This document shows, piece after piece, positions 29,954 through 38,662 of a stretch of DNA of 64,000 nt; position 1 is the first letter of the stretch, and the number at the start of each line of letters is the position of its first letter. The stretch comes from Candidatus Fermentithermobacillaceae bacterium (GTDB lineage: Bacteria; Bacillota; Sulfobacillia; Fermentithermobacillales; Fermentithermobacillaceae). The stretch covers positions 1,303 to 65,302 of the forward strand of contig JAAZEL010000069.1 in the NCBI GenBank assembly GCA_012512325.1. The letters are read 5' to 3'. The position numbers and the translations under genes are program-made. The notes beneath the pieces are model-generated. The model had not been told where the DNA came from. It worked only from the letters and a program-made list of their open reading frames with translations, and ran no database searches.

Positions 29954-30244
29954 TTACCGGTCTTCTCCATCCTTTATGGGAATGTACTGCACTTCCCCGG
30001 GCATAACCAGCCCGAGCTTCTCTCTTGCGGCCTTCTCTATATACTCTTCGCTGCCCAGGGTTTGTGCTTGCTCTTCCAGTGCACTGTTCAACATCATGTA
30101 GTACTCTATCTCGGATTCCAGCTGCGCAAGCCGGTTCCTGACCCGTATCACTTCAACTTGTCTGACGGCAAAGGTTATGGCAATCAACCCAATAAACGCC
30201 CATATCAAGTTGAGGTTGGTTTTGCGTTGCCTTCTACCCCTCAT
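29954..30244 (-). CDS. divIC: septum-formation initiator (DivIC/FtsB family)
   Basis: N-terminal TM helix (LIWAFIGLIAITFAV) followed by a coiled coil. Opposite strand to yabO, unlike B. subtilis. Confidence 0.7.
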   Translation of the reverse strand: MRGRRQRKTNLNLIWAFIGLIAITFAVRQVEVIRVRNRLAQLESEIEYYMMLNSALEEQAQTLGSEEYIEKAAREKLGLVMPGEVQYIPIKDGEDR

Positions 30245-30477
30245 GGCTGTTCCTCCTCTGTGCCATCTCCACCGAACAGGTTCAAGGGATCGCCTGAAAT
30301 CACAATGACTACCTGATAGCCCTTTTGTTTCGCCCTATTGTACAGAGTTGCTACGGTGGACTGGCTAAGGCCTAGCCGCTCCGCTATGGCTTGGGCTGAA
30401 TAACCTGTTTCTTTGAGGACTACTACTTGTCTTTCCCTGAAACTCAGCCTTTCGGCTCCTCGGATCTCGATTTGCAC
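30241..30477 (-). CDS. small GerE/LuxR-type (sigma-70 region-4-like) HTH protein
   Basis: LSFRERQVVVLKETGYSAQAIAERLGLSQSTVATLYNRAKQKG HTH; GTG start with AGGGGA RBS. Lies between yabQ and divIC, with DnaA boxes in its promoter. Confidence 0.55.
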   Translation of the reverse strand: MQIEIRGAERLSFRERQVVVLKETGYSAQAIAERLGLSQSTVATLYNRAKQKGYQVVIVISGDPLNLFGGDGTEEEQP

Positions 30478-30492
30478 AGCTTATCCCCTGGG

Positions 30493-30524
30493 TTATCCAC
30501 AAGTTATGCACAGATTGTGGACAA
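30493..30524. promoter_or_regulatory. DnaA-box cluster: TTATCCACA (30493-30501, perfect), TTATGCACA (30504-30512), inverted TTGTCCACA (30524..30516), plus a weaker TTATCCCCT at 30481-30489
   Basis: Read directly. The boxes overlap the putative -10 (TAAATT, minus strand, 30529..30524; -35 TTGACG 30551..30546) and the leader of the small HTH gene. Confidence 0.6.
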
Positions 30525-30627
30525 ATTTAGTACAACCTTATTCTACGTCAATATCGGAATTCCTGCACGGGATATAAGCTTAGCTGGATAATTTCAAGCA
30601 TGCGGTGGGTCAATCGGGGATGCCCCT

Positions 30628-31068
30628 TTATTGGCGGTTGTCCCCGTTTTCGGGGGGAGGTTTTGGCAGTATAGCGGTTACCAACAGCCTGATTTTCTGA
30701 TTGAAGGAGCTCATTGCTGATGTGAGGCAGCGTTTGGCCCTGGCGATTCCGTTCACGGTATGTCTGGCGCATGTGAATGCCAGGCCGTAAACGATGTTTC
30801 CTACCAAAGCGTTGGCGAAAAGGAACCCCATGGCAAGAGCGATGACGATGTATAGCCGGACTTCCCCGTAATTGATCAGGAGTACTGCACCTGCTATGGC
30901 AGTTAGCACTACCACCGCTACCAGCCCGTCCAGGACGTGGCCGGTGAGCTTTGCCGGGGAAGTGGCAGCCCTAAGGGCGGTATAAACCTGGAACGTTAGA
31001 CTGCAGAGAATCCCCATGAGAAAAAGCACGGCCAGCCGCCACACCTGTACGTCTACAGAAGGGTGCAT
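30628..31068 (-). CDS. yabQ: YabQ-like sporulation membrane protein
   Basis: 146 aa with four TM helices, directly downstream of yabP on the same strand (3-nt gap), matching the yabP-yabQ arrangement. Confidence 0.6.
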   Translation of the reverse strand: MHPSVDVQVWRLAVLFLMGILCSLTFQVYTALRAATSPAKLTGHVLDGLVAVVVLTAIAGAVLLINYGEVRLYIVIALAMGFLFANALVGNIVYGLAFTCARHTVNGIARAKRCLTSAMSSFNQKIRLLVTAILPKPPPENGDNRQ

Positions 31069-31070
31069 AA

Positions 31071-31361
31071 TTAACGGAAGATCCTCTGCAACAGACTGCC
31101 TTCCCGGCGCCTGGCCCCCCGGTCAAGGGACGAGTATTCCAGGGAAAACAGCATGCCTTCCAGGATCATCTGTCCCTTTTCCAAGTCCAGGGCGGTGATG
31201 TGGAATTCCTCCCCCATGAGCGCCAGGGTCCCCATTTCAGTTTCGACCACTACTTGCCTTTCATCGAAACTCTCTACGTGGAGCACTCCCGTTAGCCGGA
31301 CTGACTCCCTCTGGAAGATCTCGACCTTGTGGGTGCCTTGCTCAACTGGGTATTGATCCAA
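31071..31361 (-). CDS. yabP: sporulation protein YabP
   Basis: HKVEIFQRESVRLTGVLHVESFDERQVVVETEMGTLALMGEEFHITALDLEKGQMILEGMLFSLEY aligns with the B. subtilis YabP domain. Start placed at in-frame TTG 31361 with GGAGGTG RBS; the ORF track extends to 31466. Confidence 0.75.
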   Translation of the reverse strand: MDQYPVEQGTHKVEIFQRESVRLTGVLHVESFDERQVVVETEMGTLALMGEEFHITALDLEKGQMILEGMLFSLEYSSLDRGARRREGSLLQRIFR

Positions 31362-31459
31362 ACTGAGCACCTCCGGAACAAAGCTATGCGGCCGATCTAG
31401 TATCCTAAATATGCGTGGCCCAGTAATATATGACATGTGAGGGGAGCGGATTGCCGTGC

Positions 31460-31489
31460 TTGACACTGAAAATATGCATAACCTATAAT
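31460..31489 (+). promoter_or_regulatory. consensus sigma-A promoter for yabR (-35 TTGACA 31460-31465, 18-nt spacer, -10 TATAAT 31484-31489)
   Basis: Read directly: cTTGACActgaaaatatgcataaccTATAATcag. Confidence 0.55.
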
Positions 31490-31535
31490 CAGTTTGCCGG
31501 ATTTATCAACGAGTACCGGGAGGAATGTCGGAGGT

Positions 31536-31925
31536 ATGGCCCTCGAAGTAGGCGCGATTGTAGAGGGGATCGTTACCGGGATCACTAACTTCGGCGCTTT
31601 TGTGACTTTGCCTGATGGCGCGACCGGTTTGGTACACATCTCTGAGATCGCTGACGCATATGTCAAGGACATCAACGATTATGTGAAGACGAACGAGAAA
31701 GTTCAAGTGAAGGTGCTGTCTGTAGATCCTTCCGGTAAGATCGGACTGAGTATCAAGCAGGCCAGTCCAACGTACAGGCCGAGGCCTGCGCGTACGCCCC
31801 GCTCCCAGGCAAGCTTCGAAGACAAGCTTGCCAAGTTCCTGAAAGAGAGCGATGAGCGCCTGGCCGATCTTAGAAGGCATACAGATTCCAAGCGTGGAGG
31901 ACGCGGCTCTCGCCGGGACTTCTGA
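31536..31925 (+). CDS. yabR: S1-domain RNA-binding protein YabR
   Basis: MALEVGAIVEGIVTGITNFGAFVTLPDGATGLVHISEIADAYVKDINDYVKTNEKVQVKVLSVDPSGKIGLSIKQA is an S1 domain. Confidence 0.85.
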   Translation: MALEVGAIVEGIVTGITNFGAFVTLPDGATGLVHISEIADAYVKDINDYVKTNEKVQVKVLSVDPSGKIGLSIKQASPTYRPRPARTPRSQASFEDKLAKFLKESDERLADLRRHTDSKRGGRGSRRDF

Positions 31926-31934
31926 GCAGACTTA

Positions 31935-32022
31935 GCCGGGGTGTTGGAATAGGTAGACAATGGGGACTTAAAATCCCTTGGGCTTTTGGCCCGTGCGGGT
32001 TCGAGTCCCGCCCCCGGCACCA
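31935..32022 (+). tRNA. tRNA-Leu (anticodon UAA), type II with long variable arm
   Basis: Hand-folded: acceptor GCCGGGG/CCCCGGC, anticodon stem GGGGA/TCCCT with loop CTTAAAA, variable stem-loop GGGC-TTTTG-GCCC, T arm GCGGG-TTCGAGT-CCCGC, discriminator A and encoded CCA. Confidence 0.8.
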
Positions 32023-32172
32023 TGTGTAGGCTGTTCTACTCCATTGTTGGTTTTTGCACCCCATGAGTGCTCTCCATCGTTACTGCATAGCTTCATTATT
32101 ACGTGAGCAGTATCCTGGTGTTGCCCTCGTTGAGCCCGCGGTGTTATATAGATCTGCTTCTGGAGAGCCAAG

Positions 32173-32871
32173 GTGATGTGGTGCATATGCTGTTGTGACG
32201 CTTACGCCTACCGGAACCACGCCCGGATGAATGAGGTGACTTTCTCTGTGAGGACCCTGGAAGATGAACTGTGGGTGTACTTCGGTTGCCCCAACAGATA
32301 CTGGCGGGACAAGTGCGCAGCTTGCCGGGAAAAGGTCGGGAGACTCAAGGGGCCTGTCGCCGAGTGCATCGATTGTTGGAAGGTTGAAATATGGGGCCAG
32401 AGTCCGTGGCTCCTGGATGCCATGGGCTCTCATGATAGTCCGCGTGGGAGTGCCCACCATGGCAGGTGCAAGAACCACCGCCACCTGCCTCAAAGGGCCG
32501 GCAGTGCATGCATTGAGGAGCTTCTTGGGGAGTCACTGTATCCCGAAGGCATGCCTGTCGGGCTGGGCGTTCTACACCGGTTGGCTTTGCAGCTCGCCCT
32601 GAGACAGGGTTATGCTTTCGTGGCCAAGCTGTCTAAACACCCTTTGCATGTTGTCCGTACGGGGGAGCCTTTGACCCAATATCCGGAGCAGGAAACGGAC
32701 AACCTACTTATGATTTATGCGTCTTCAGTCCCGGAAAGGGACGAGATCCGGCAGGCGGTATGCCATATCCTGGGGTTAGAGCTGCGGCGGGCGGCGGACA
32801 TCCCTGTGCGCCGTGGATGTTGGGTGTATGATCCGATCCTGGGCCCCTGGCAGACCTGGAAGGTAGAATAG
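32173..32871 (+). CDS. hypothetical Cys-rich protein (possible zinc-ribbon N-terminus)
   Basis: 232-aa ORF with GGAGAG RBS. Cys pairs appear in CPNRYWRDKCAAC...CIDC. Not recognised as any family I know; coding status moderate. Confidence 0.4.
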   Translation: MMWCICCCDAYAYRNHARMNEVTFSVRTLEDELWVYFGCPNRYWRDKCAACREKVGRLKGPVAECIDCWKVEIWGQSPWLLDAMGSHDSPRGSAHHGRCKNHRHLPQRAGSACIEELLGESLYPEGMPVGLGVLHRLALQLALRQGYAFVAKLSKHPLHVVRTGEPLTQYPEQETDNLLMIYASSVPERDEIRQAVCHILGLELRRAADIPVRRGCWVYDPILGPWQTWKVE

Positions 32872-32964
32872 GAGTCAGGCTCTCTGACGGTGAGAAACTG
32901 TTATCATCCCGTTCATCGGTATTCCGCCTTGGCCTGCCTCGTGCAGGCGTTTTGGTCTTGTGCA

Positions 32965-33022
32965 TTGACATGCCGTCGGTTTGCGGCATACAATGTAGAC
33001 ACATACACCCCGGTGGGGGTGT
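32965..33022 (+). promoter_or_regulatory. copA promoter (-35 TTGACA 32965-32970, 18-nt spacer, -10 TACAAT 32989-32994) with a CsoR-type GC-rich inverted repeat ACACCCC-ggtg-GGGGTGT (33005-33022)
   Basis: Read directly. The inverted repeat lies between the -10 and the RBS (GGGGGTG) of copA. Confidence 0.5.
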
Positions 33023-33037
33023 TGGGGGTGTCTATCG

Positions 33038-35851
33038 ATGAGCGAAACAGCCAGGGACAAAGAAGCCAAGGACGAAGACAAGCACATGGGAAAGGAAACA
33101 CATTTCAACGTCACCGGTATGACGTGTGCGGCATGTTCAGCAGCCGTTGAGCGCAACGTAAGGCAGCTTGCGGGTGTAGACGATGCAGCCGTGAACCTGC
33201 TGACAGGGACCATGCGGGTCAAGTATGATTCCGGCCAAGTCAGTGATGAAGATATCGTGAAGGCGGTTACTCAAGCCGGCTACGGGGCTTCGGTGAAAGC
33301 CGAGGCCCAACAGGGAGCCCGCCGTGCTGCCCCTGCCGGCGAAGCTAAGAATGTGGTAGAAGAACAGATCCGGGAGATGAAAAACCGCCTGGTTTCATCC
33401 CTGGTATTCATGGTGCCCCTGATGTATGTATCCATGGGGCATATGGTGAATTTGCCTTTACCTTCATTCTTGTCGGGGGCCCAAAACGCGGTTTCCTTTG
33501 CTTTCCTCCAGTTTCTGCTGGTGCTGCCGGTAGCATACGTGAACAGGAAGTTCTTCACAGTGGGCTTCAGGGCATTGTTCAGGAGGCAGCCCAACATGGA
33601 TTCCCTGATTGCCGTAGGTTCCGGGGCAGGTTTGGTCTACGGGGTGTTTGCCATCTTTCGGATGAGTCGCGGTTTAGGCGCAGGAGACCTGGCTTTGGTG
33701 GCTCAATACGCCCATAACCTGTATTTCGAATCCTCGGCGATGATCCTCACCCTGATTACCCTCGGGGAGTTCCTTGAAACCCGGGCCAAAGCGCGGACTT
33801 CAGACGCCATAAAGAAGCTTATGGATCTTGCCCCCAAGACGGCCTTGGTGGAACGTGGCGGGATACAGGAAGAGATTCCCGTGGAACTGGTCGAAGTGGG
33901 AGACATCGTCGTGATTAAGCCCGGGGACCGGATTCCCGTGGACGGGATCATAGTCGAAGGACAGTCTTATGTAGACGAGTCTGTGTTAACCGGCGAAAGC
34001 ATACCGGTGGAGAAGGGCGTGGGAGACCGGGTAAGCGCAGCTACCATCAACGAATCAGGTGCTTTCAAGTTCCGGGCTACGGAAGTGGGTGAGGACACCA
34101 CCCTGGCTAAGATCATTGCGCTGGTGGGCGAAGCAAGCGCCACCAAGGCACCCGTTGGCAGGCTGGCAGACAAGATAAGCGGTATATTCGTTCCTGTGGT
34201 CATGGCAATTGCCCTGGTTAGTACCCTTGCATGGCTTTTGGCAGGCCGGAGCTTCGAGTTTGCCATGTCCATCGGCATCTCAGTGCTGGTGATTTCCTGC
34301 CCGTGTGCCCTGGGCCTTGCAACACCGGTCGCCATCATGGTGGGGACGGGTAAAGGGGCGGAGCACGGCATACTCATAAAGTCTGCCGAAGCCCTGGAAG
34401 TCCTCCATCATATAGACACAATAGTGCTGGACAAGACAGGTACTCTGACAGAAGGCAAGCCACGGGTGACAGATATCGTGTTGGGCAGTGCCGGGACTCA
34501 GGAAGAGCTCCTGGAGATCGCAGGCGCCCTTGAAGTCAACTCAGAGCACCATATCGCAAAGGCCATATTGAACTGCGCGGATGAACTCAACATCACCTTG
34601 AGGAATATCACGGAGTTCAAAGCCATTTCCGGCAAAGGCGTTGAGGGCCGCATTAACGGCAAAGCCTATTCAGCTGGGAATGTGCGCTTCATGCGTGAAA
34701 AAGGCGTTGACACCTCCGCCATGGAGCACCTGATAGACGGGCTTTCCGAGCAAGGCAAGACCCCCATATGTTTTGCCGAGGAAAACACCTTGCTCGGGGT
34801 GATTGCCGTTGCCGATGTGCCCAAGCCCACCAGCCGCCAAGCAGTGGAAAGGTTTAAGCAGATGGGAGTCAGGGTGGCAATGCTCACCGGTGACAACCGG
34901 AAGACGGCTGAGGCCATACGAAAGCAGTTGGATATCGATGAGGCCATTGCCGAAGTATTGCCCCAGGAGAAAGACAGCATGATTCAGAGCCTCCGGCAAG
35001 ACGGGCACAAGGTGGGCATGATAGGCGACGGCATCAACGATGCCCCTGCCCTTGCCAGGGCTGATGTAGGCATAGCCATAGGTGCAGGCACTGATGTGGC
35101 AATCGAGTCGGCAGACATCGTGCTGGTAAAGAGTGACTTGATGGACGCCGTGGGGGCCATGGAGTTATCCAAGGCGACTATCAGGAACATCAAGCAGAAC
35201 CTGTTCTGGGCGTTCTTCTACAACACCCTGGGCATACCCATTGCCGCGGGGCTGTTGTACCCTGCGTTTGGGCTCAAACTCTCACCCATGATAGGTGCTG
35301 CGGCGATGAGTATGAGCTCTGTGTTTGTAGTAACCAACGCCTTGAGATTGCGCAAGTTCAAACCTACTGCGCCTGAAAGGCAACAAGCCGTTGACCTGCG
35401 TTTTAAGCCGGTTGCAGTGTCCAAGGTGACACCGGCGGTCTTGGCTTCTTCGGAGCGGGTTGACGGTGACGGTGTTGCTGTTGATAGTTCCGTTGGTGCT
35501 CCCCAGTCAGCCGGAGTTTCACAGGTGCAGGTATTGGAACCGGCCTTTGGGGGCCCCGGTGCGGATTCCGGTTCGGATCCCGGTTCGGTTGCGGATGTTA
35601 AGCCTGCTTTCCAAGACAAAAGAGAAGAGGAGGATGTAATCATGAAGAAGACCCTGAAAATTGAGGGAATGATGTGCGGGCACTGCAAGATGAGGGTTGA
35701 AAAGGCCCTTGGTGCAGTGGATGGGGTAAGCAGCGTCGAGGTGAACCTCGAAGATGGAACCGCTGCCGCATCCCTCATGCAAGCTGTATCTGACCAGGTG
35801 CTGAAGCAGGCGGTGGAAGAGGCAGGCTATAAGGTTATCGAAGTAGAGTGA
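33038..35851 (+). CDS. copA: copper-translocating P1B-type ATPase with N- and C-terminal HMA domains
   Basis: N-terminal HMA ([12 protein letters not shown]), CPC in TM6, DKTGTLT phosphorylation site, GDGINDAP, and a C-terminal HMA ([12 protein letters not shown]) after a Gly/Ser/Pro-rich linker. Confidence 0.9.
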   Translation: MSETARDKEAKDEDKHMGKETHFNVTGMTCAACSAAVERNVRQLAGVDDAAVNLLTGTMRVKYDSGQVSDEDIVKAVTQAGYGASVKAEAQQGARRAAPAGEAKNVVEEQIREMKNRLVSSLVFMVPLMYVSMGHMVNLPLPSFLSGAQNAVSFAFLQFLLVLPVAYVNRKFFTVGFRALFRRQPNMDSLIAVGSGAGLVYGVFAIFRMSRGLGAGDLALVAQYAHNLYFESSAMILTLITLGEFLETRAKARTSDAIKKLMDLAPKTALVERGGIQEEIPVELVEVGDIVVIKPGDRIPVDGIIVEGQSYVDESVLTGESIPVEKGVGDRVSAATINESGAFKFRATEVGEDTTLAKIIALVGEASATKAPVGRLADKISGIFVPVVMAIALVSTLAWLLAGRSFEFAMSIGISVLVISCPCALGLATPVAIMVGTGKGAEHGILIKSAEALEVLHHIDTIVLDKTGTLTEGKPRVTDIVLGSAGTQEELLEIAGALEVNSEHHIAKAILNCADELNITLRNITEFKAISGKGVEGRINGKAYSAGNVRFMREKGVDTSAMEHLIDGLSEQGKTPICFAEENTLLGVIAVADVPKPTSRQAVERFKQMGVRVAMLTGDNRKTAEAIRKQLDIDEAIAEVLPQEKDSMIQSLRQDGHKVGMIGDGINDAPALARADVGIAIGAGTDVAIESADIVLVKSDLMDAVGAMELSKATIRNIKQNLFWAFFYNTLGIPIAAGLLYPAFGLKLSPMIGAAAMSMSSVFVVTNALRLRKFKPTAPERQQAVDLRFKPVAVSKVTPAVLASSERVDGDGVAVDSSVGAPQSAGVSQVQVLEPAFGGPGADSGSDPGSVADVKPAFQDKREEEDVIMKKTLKIEGMMCGHCKMRVEKALGAVDGVSSVEVNLEDGTAAASLMQAVSDQVLKQAVEEAGYKVIEVE

Positions 35852-36046
35852 TATGAAGGATATGGCGTCAGGTGTAACGTGATGTACTTGTATGGGGTGG
35901 CGTCGTAAAGCGCGGACATCAATACCGGCCAGGGGTTCCGCGTTTCCCGTGCGGCTTTCCGGGTGATGGCTTCCGCCCCGGGAGAGTCACGCGGGCGGGT
36001 CGGAGTTATGTAGGAATGCGGTGGCAGTATAAGGCGGGAGATTGAA

Positions 36047-36313
36047 ATGAGGGCGAACAAAGACACCACGTTAAGGAAACTGAAAACCGTGCGGGGACAG
36101 CTAGACGGGCTTATCAGGATGGTTGAAGAAGACCGGTACTGTATCGATATCTCTAATCAGCTTATGGCGTCCATCGGTATATTGAAGAACATAAACAGGG
36201 ATATCCTGCATGCCCACTTGAGACACTGCGTTGCCGAAGCTTTCGAGGATGTTGAAACCAAGAAGCAGAAGATAGATGAGATTATATCGGTGATAGACAA
36301 ACTTGCCAGGTAG
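36047..36313 (+). CDS. csoR: CsoR/RcnR-family copper-sensing transcriptional repressor
   Basis: DUF156 fold with the Cys-His-Cys metal-ligand pattern (RYCIDISNQL...HLRHC). Confidence 0.8.
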   Translation: MRANKDTTLRKLKTVRGQLDGLIRMVEEDRYCIDISNQLMASIGILKNINRDILHAHLRHCVAEAFEDVETKKQKIDEIISVIDKLAR

Positions 36314-36376
36314 CCGGCCAGATAGGTTATACGACCATAGACCGGGACCAGGCTCAAGCCAAAAGAAAGCCGATAT

Positions 36377-37033
36377 TCATGAAATAGTGACTTCTTTTGT
36401 CCCGTCCAGTCGCCTGAGTTCATCAAGCAAGGCGTTCTTGTCTGCACCGGGGGGTACCGATACCAGAAACACGACCTCCATAAGGTCTTCATCGGAGCTT
36501 ACCATGTCTATATCCCTTATTTGTACCTTGAACCGACCCATCACATCGGTAACCTTAGCCAGTTGGCCAGGTTTATCCGCAATGGTCATGGCAATGTTGA
36601 CTAACCCCTTCTTCTTGAAGAACAATCGCTCAAGGCGCCTCAATGAAACGAGTGTAACGGAGACCAAGGCAAATGCCACGATACCTCCTGCATAAAGGCC
36701 GGCTCCTATGGCAAGCCCGATACATCCTACAACCCAGAGGCTTGCGGCGGTGGTGAGGCCTTCTATCCTGTGTCCGTCTTTCATTATGGTACCGGCGCCC
36801 AAAAAGCCTATGCCGCTTACTACCGCAGCGCCCAGCCTAGCAGGATCCAGATTGGCGAGGTGATGATATCTCTGGAACAGGGCTTCACTGATCACCATTA
36901 TGAGAGCTGACCCTAAACATACCAGTGTATGCGTCCTAAAGCCTGCCGGCCTGTTCACAAGCTCTCTCTCCAGGCCAATAACCCCACCCAGAAACATGGC
37001 CAAGAGCAGCCTGAGCACTACGCTCCACTCCAT
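36377..37033 (-). CDS. mgtC: MgtC/SapB-family membrane protein
   Basis: MEWSVVLRLLLAMFLGGVIGLERELVNRPAGFRTHTLVCLGSALIM is an MgtC N-terminal signature, followed by a C-terminal ACT-like domain. Confidence 0.85.
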   Translation of the reverse strand: MEWSVVLRLLLAMFLGGVIGLERELVNRPAGFRTHTLVCLGSALIMVISEALFQRYHHLANLDPARLGAAVVSGIGFLGAGTIMKDGHRIEGLTTAASLWVVGCIGLAIGAGLYAGGIVAFALVSVTLVSLRRLERLFFKKKGLVNIAMTIADKPGQLAKVTDVMGRFKVQIRDIDMVSSDEDLMEVVFLVSVPPGADKNALLDELRRLDGTKEVTIS

Positions 37034-37206
37034 ACAAACACCTCCTCATATATGCATGTCTAGCCTATGCAGATGCAGTCTAGTTTGCCAGAGGCAATTC
37101 TGTCAAGGAAAGCCAGGCATCTGCCTAACGTACGACTTGGGGCTCTCGCGTCTAAGACTCTTCAATAAGAAGAGACCCGGAGCTTACAAAGGGCGTGCCG
37201 GGCCAT

Positions 37207-38046
37207 CTATACCCCTTTTACGGCAAGCACCTCTCTGGCAGGGGTCCGGTCTCCGGTGCAGTTTATCATCCTGGGAGCGTCAAGGTATCTAAGACAAAAG
37301 CCCAGGTTCTTGTAGAGCCGGACAATCCGGTTGGTGGCTTGATTGGACAAGACGACCCGACCGGGATGTCTTGCCAGCCACTGAGCAAGCCTTACCTGAT
37401 CCTCCCATGTAAAGCCTTCCTTGGAGTACTGGGTGAACTCAACGTCATAGGGGGGATCGGCATAGATGAAATCGTCAGGTTGGACCGGTATATCCTCGAA
37501 ATCAGTGCAGGTAAATTGCCAGTTCCTGAACAGGGATTGGTAAGGTGAGAAATCCCGGATGTAGTTTATGGTCTTGTAACGCCCGAAGGGGACGTTGAAC
37601 TTACCTTTCTTGTTGAACCTGCAAAGGCCGTTGTAGCCGGTACGGTTGAGATAATAGAACAGCTCTGCCGCTTGTTTGGTGTTGTCAAGACCTTGCTGTA
37701 TGAGTTCATTGAAGCGGTTACGGTGGGAATAATAGAGCTCCTTCTCGTTCCGCATGTCGATTTCGACCTGAAGGCCTTTGGAGACCCAACGGAAGAAATT
37801 GATCAGATGCCGGTTTATGTCGTTGAGCAATGCTGAGTCCGGCATTAGGCCCAAAGTCACGGCCAATCCGCCGCAGAAGGGCTCAACCAGGCGCCTGTGG
37901 GAATGGGGGGTCCAGTATTCCCTCAAGTAGGGGACTAACCACCGTTTGCCGCCTGCCCATTTCAAGGGGGGCTTCAGGGTTGGTTGTACGGTGTTTTGTC
38001 GGGGCAAGATGTCTTGTTGTTTCTTACGTTGCGATGGCGGTACCAC
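37207..38046 (-). CDS. Dam-family (D12-class) DNA N6-adenine methyltransferase
   Basis: LKWAGGKRWL N-terminal motif, FxGxG-type SAM motif EPFCGGLAV and catalytic DPPY (FIYADPPY). No recognisable cognate endonuclease could be confirmed. Confidence 0.85.
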   Translation of the reverse strand: MVPPSQRKKQQDILPRQNTVQPTLKPPLKWAGGKRWLVPYLREYWTPHSHRRLVEPFCGGLAVTLGLMPDSALLNDINRHLINFFRWVSKGLQVEIDMRNEKELYYSHRNRFNELIQQGLDNTKQAAELFYYLNRTGYNGLCRFNKKGKFNVPFGRYKTINYIRDFSPYQSLFRNWQFTCTDFEDIPVQPDDFIYADPPYDVEFTQYSKEGFTWEDQVRLAQWLARHPGRVVLSNQATNRIVRLYKNLGFCLRYLDAPRMINCTGDRTPAREVLAVKGV

Positions 38047-38662
38047 TTACCGTCCTCCCAAGTGAGCTTATGCTATGCACATGTTTCTGCAAGCTTACAG
38101 GGTAATCCTGCGCCTGGCCTTTGTGCGCTGTACCGTTTCCCGGAGCACGTCCTTTTGTGCCAGTGCAGGTTCTTTCAAAGCAGGCACTAGATGAACAAGC
38201 CGGTTGCTTGAGTCTGGTTGCGAGACCTATGAAGCTTCCGGCAACACCGTTGCCTTTGAGTAGACTATCCAATGCTCTGATGCCCCAGGTCATGGGTAAT
38301 ATGTCGGAAAATGCCCGGAGTGAAGCGGGCATGGTGTCCCATGGGATTACAACTCCTGAGAAGAACAAGACCAAGTATTCCAGGATAGATCCAACCCGTT
38401 TCAAAACCATACTCAAAGATGCCATGAAAACTCCGAAGGCGTAAAGGGTGATGACTACTAGGATACCGATGACCAATGCCATTAAGGATACCCTGGGTGA
38501 CGAAAACATATAGCCGAGGTCCGGCTTGAACGCCATGTAAAGCACCGCGCCAACCGCAATGCTCTGGGCAAGAGTAAACACGCAACGCGCGATACTGCGG
38601 GCAGTTAAAACATGCATAAGGTTCTTTGAGCCACAAAACCCGGTTAGTAACCCTCTCGACAA
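38024..38662 (-). pseudogene. ABC-2-type transporter permease fragment (C-terminal ~4 TM helices; N-terminus missing)
   Basis: TM-rich ORF with an ABC-2 permease C-terminal signature (VLYMAFKPDLGYMF...LVLFFSGVVIPWDTMPASLRAFSDILPMTWGIRAL). The expected N-terminal ~50 aa are absent. The upstream ATPase gene survives only as a C-terminal remnant in another frame. Confidence 0.55.

Noticed and set aside
31071-31466. Full 131-aa yabP ORF as annotated by the ORF track
   Set aside because: The N-terminal 35 residues have no counterpart in YabP homologues and no RBS. An in-frame TTG at 31361 with a GGAGGTG RBS gives a 96-aa product matching the known YabP length.
38265-38662. C-terminal ~130 codons of the 368-aa ORF as real coding sequence
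   Set aside because: This stretch overlaps, in a different frame, an ORF with clear ABC-2 permease TM-helix signatures. The permease frame is the biologically coherent one, so the extension is treated as read-through in GC-rich DNA.
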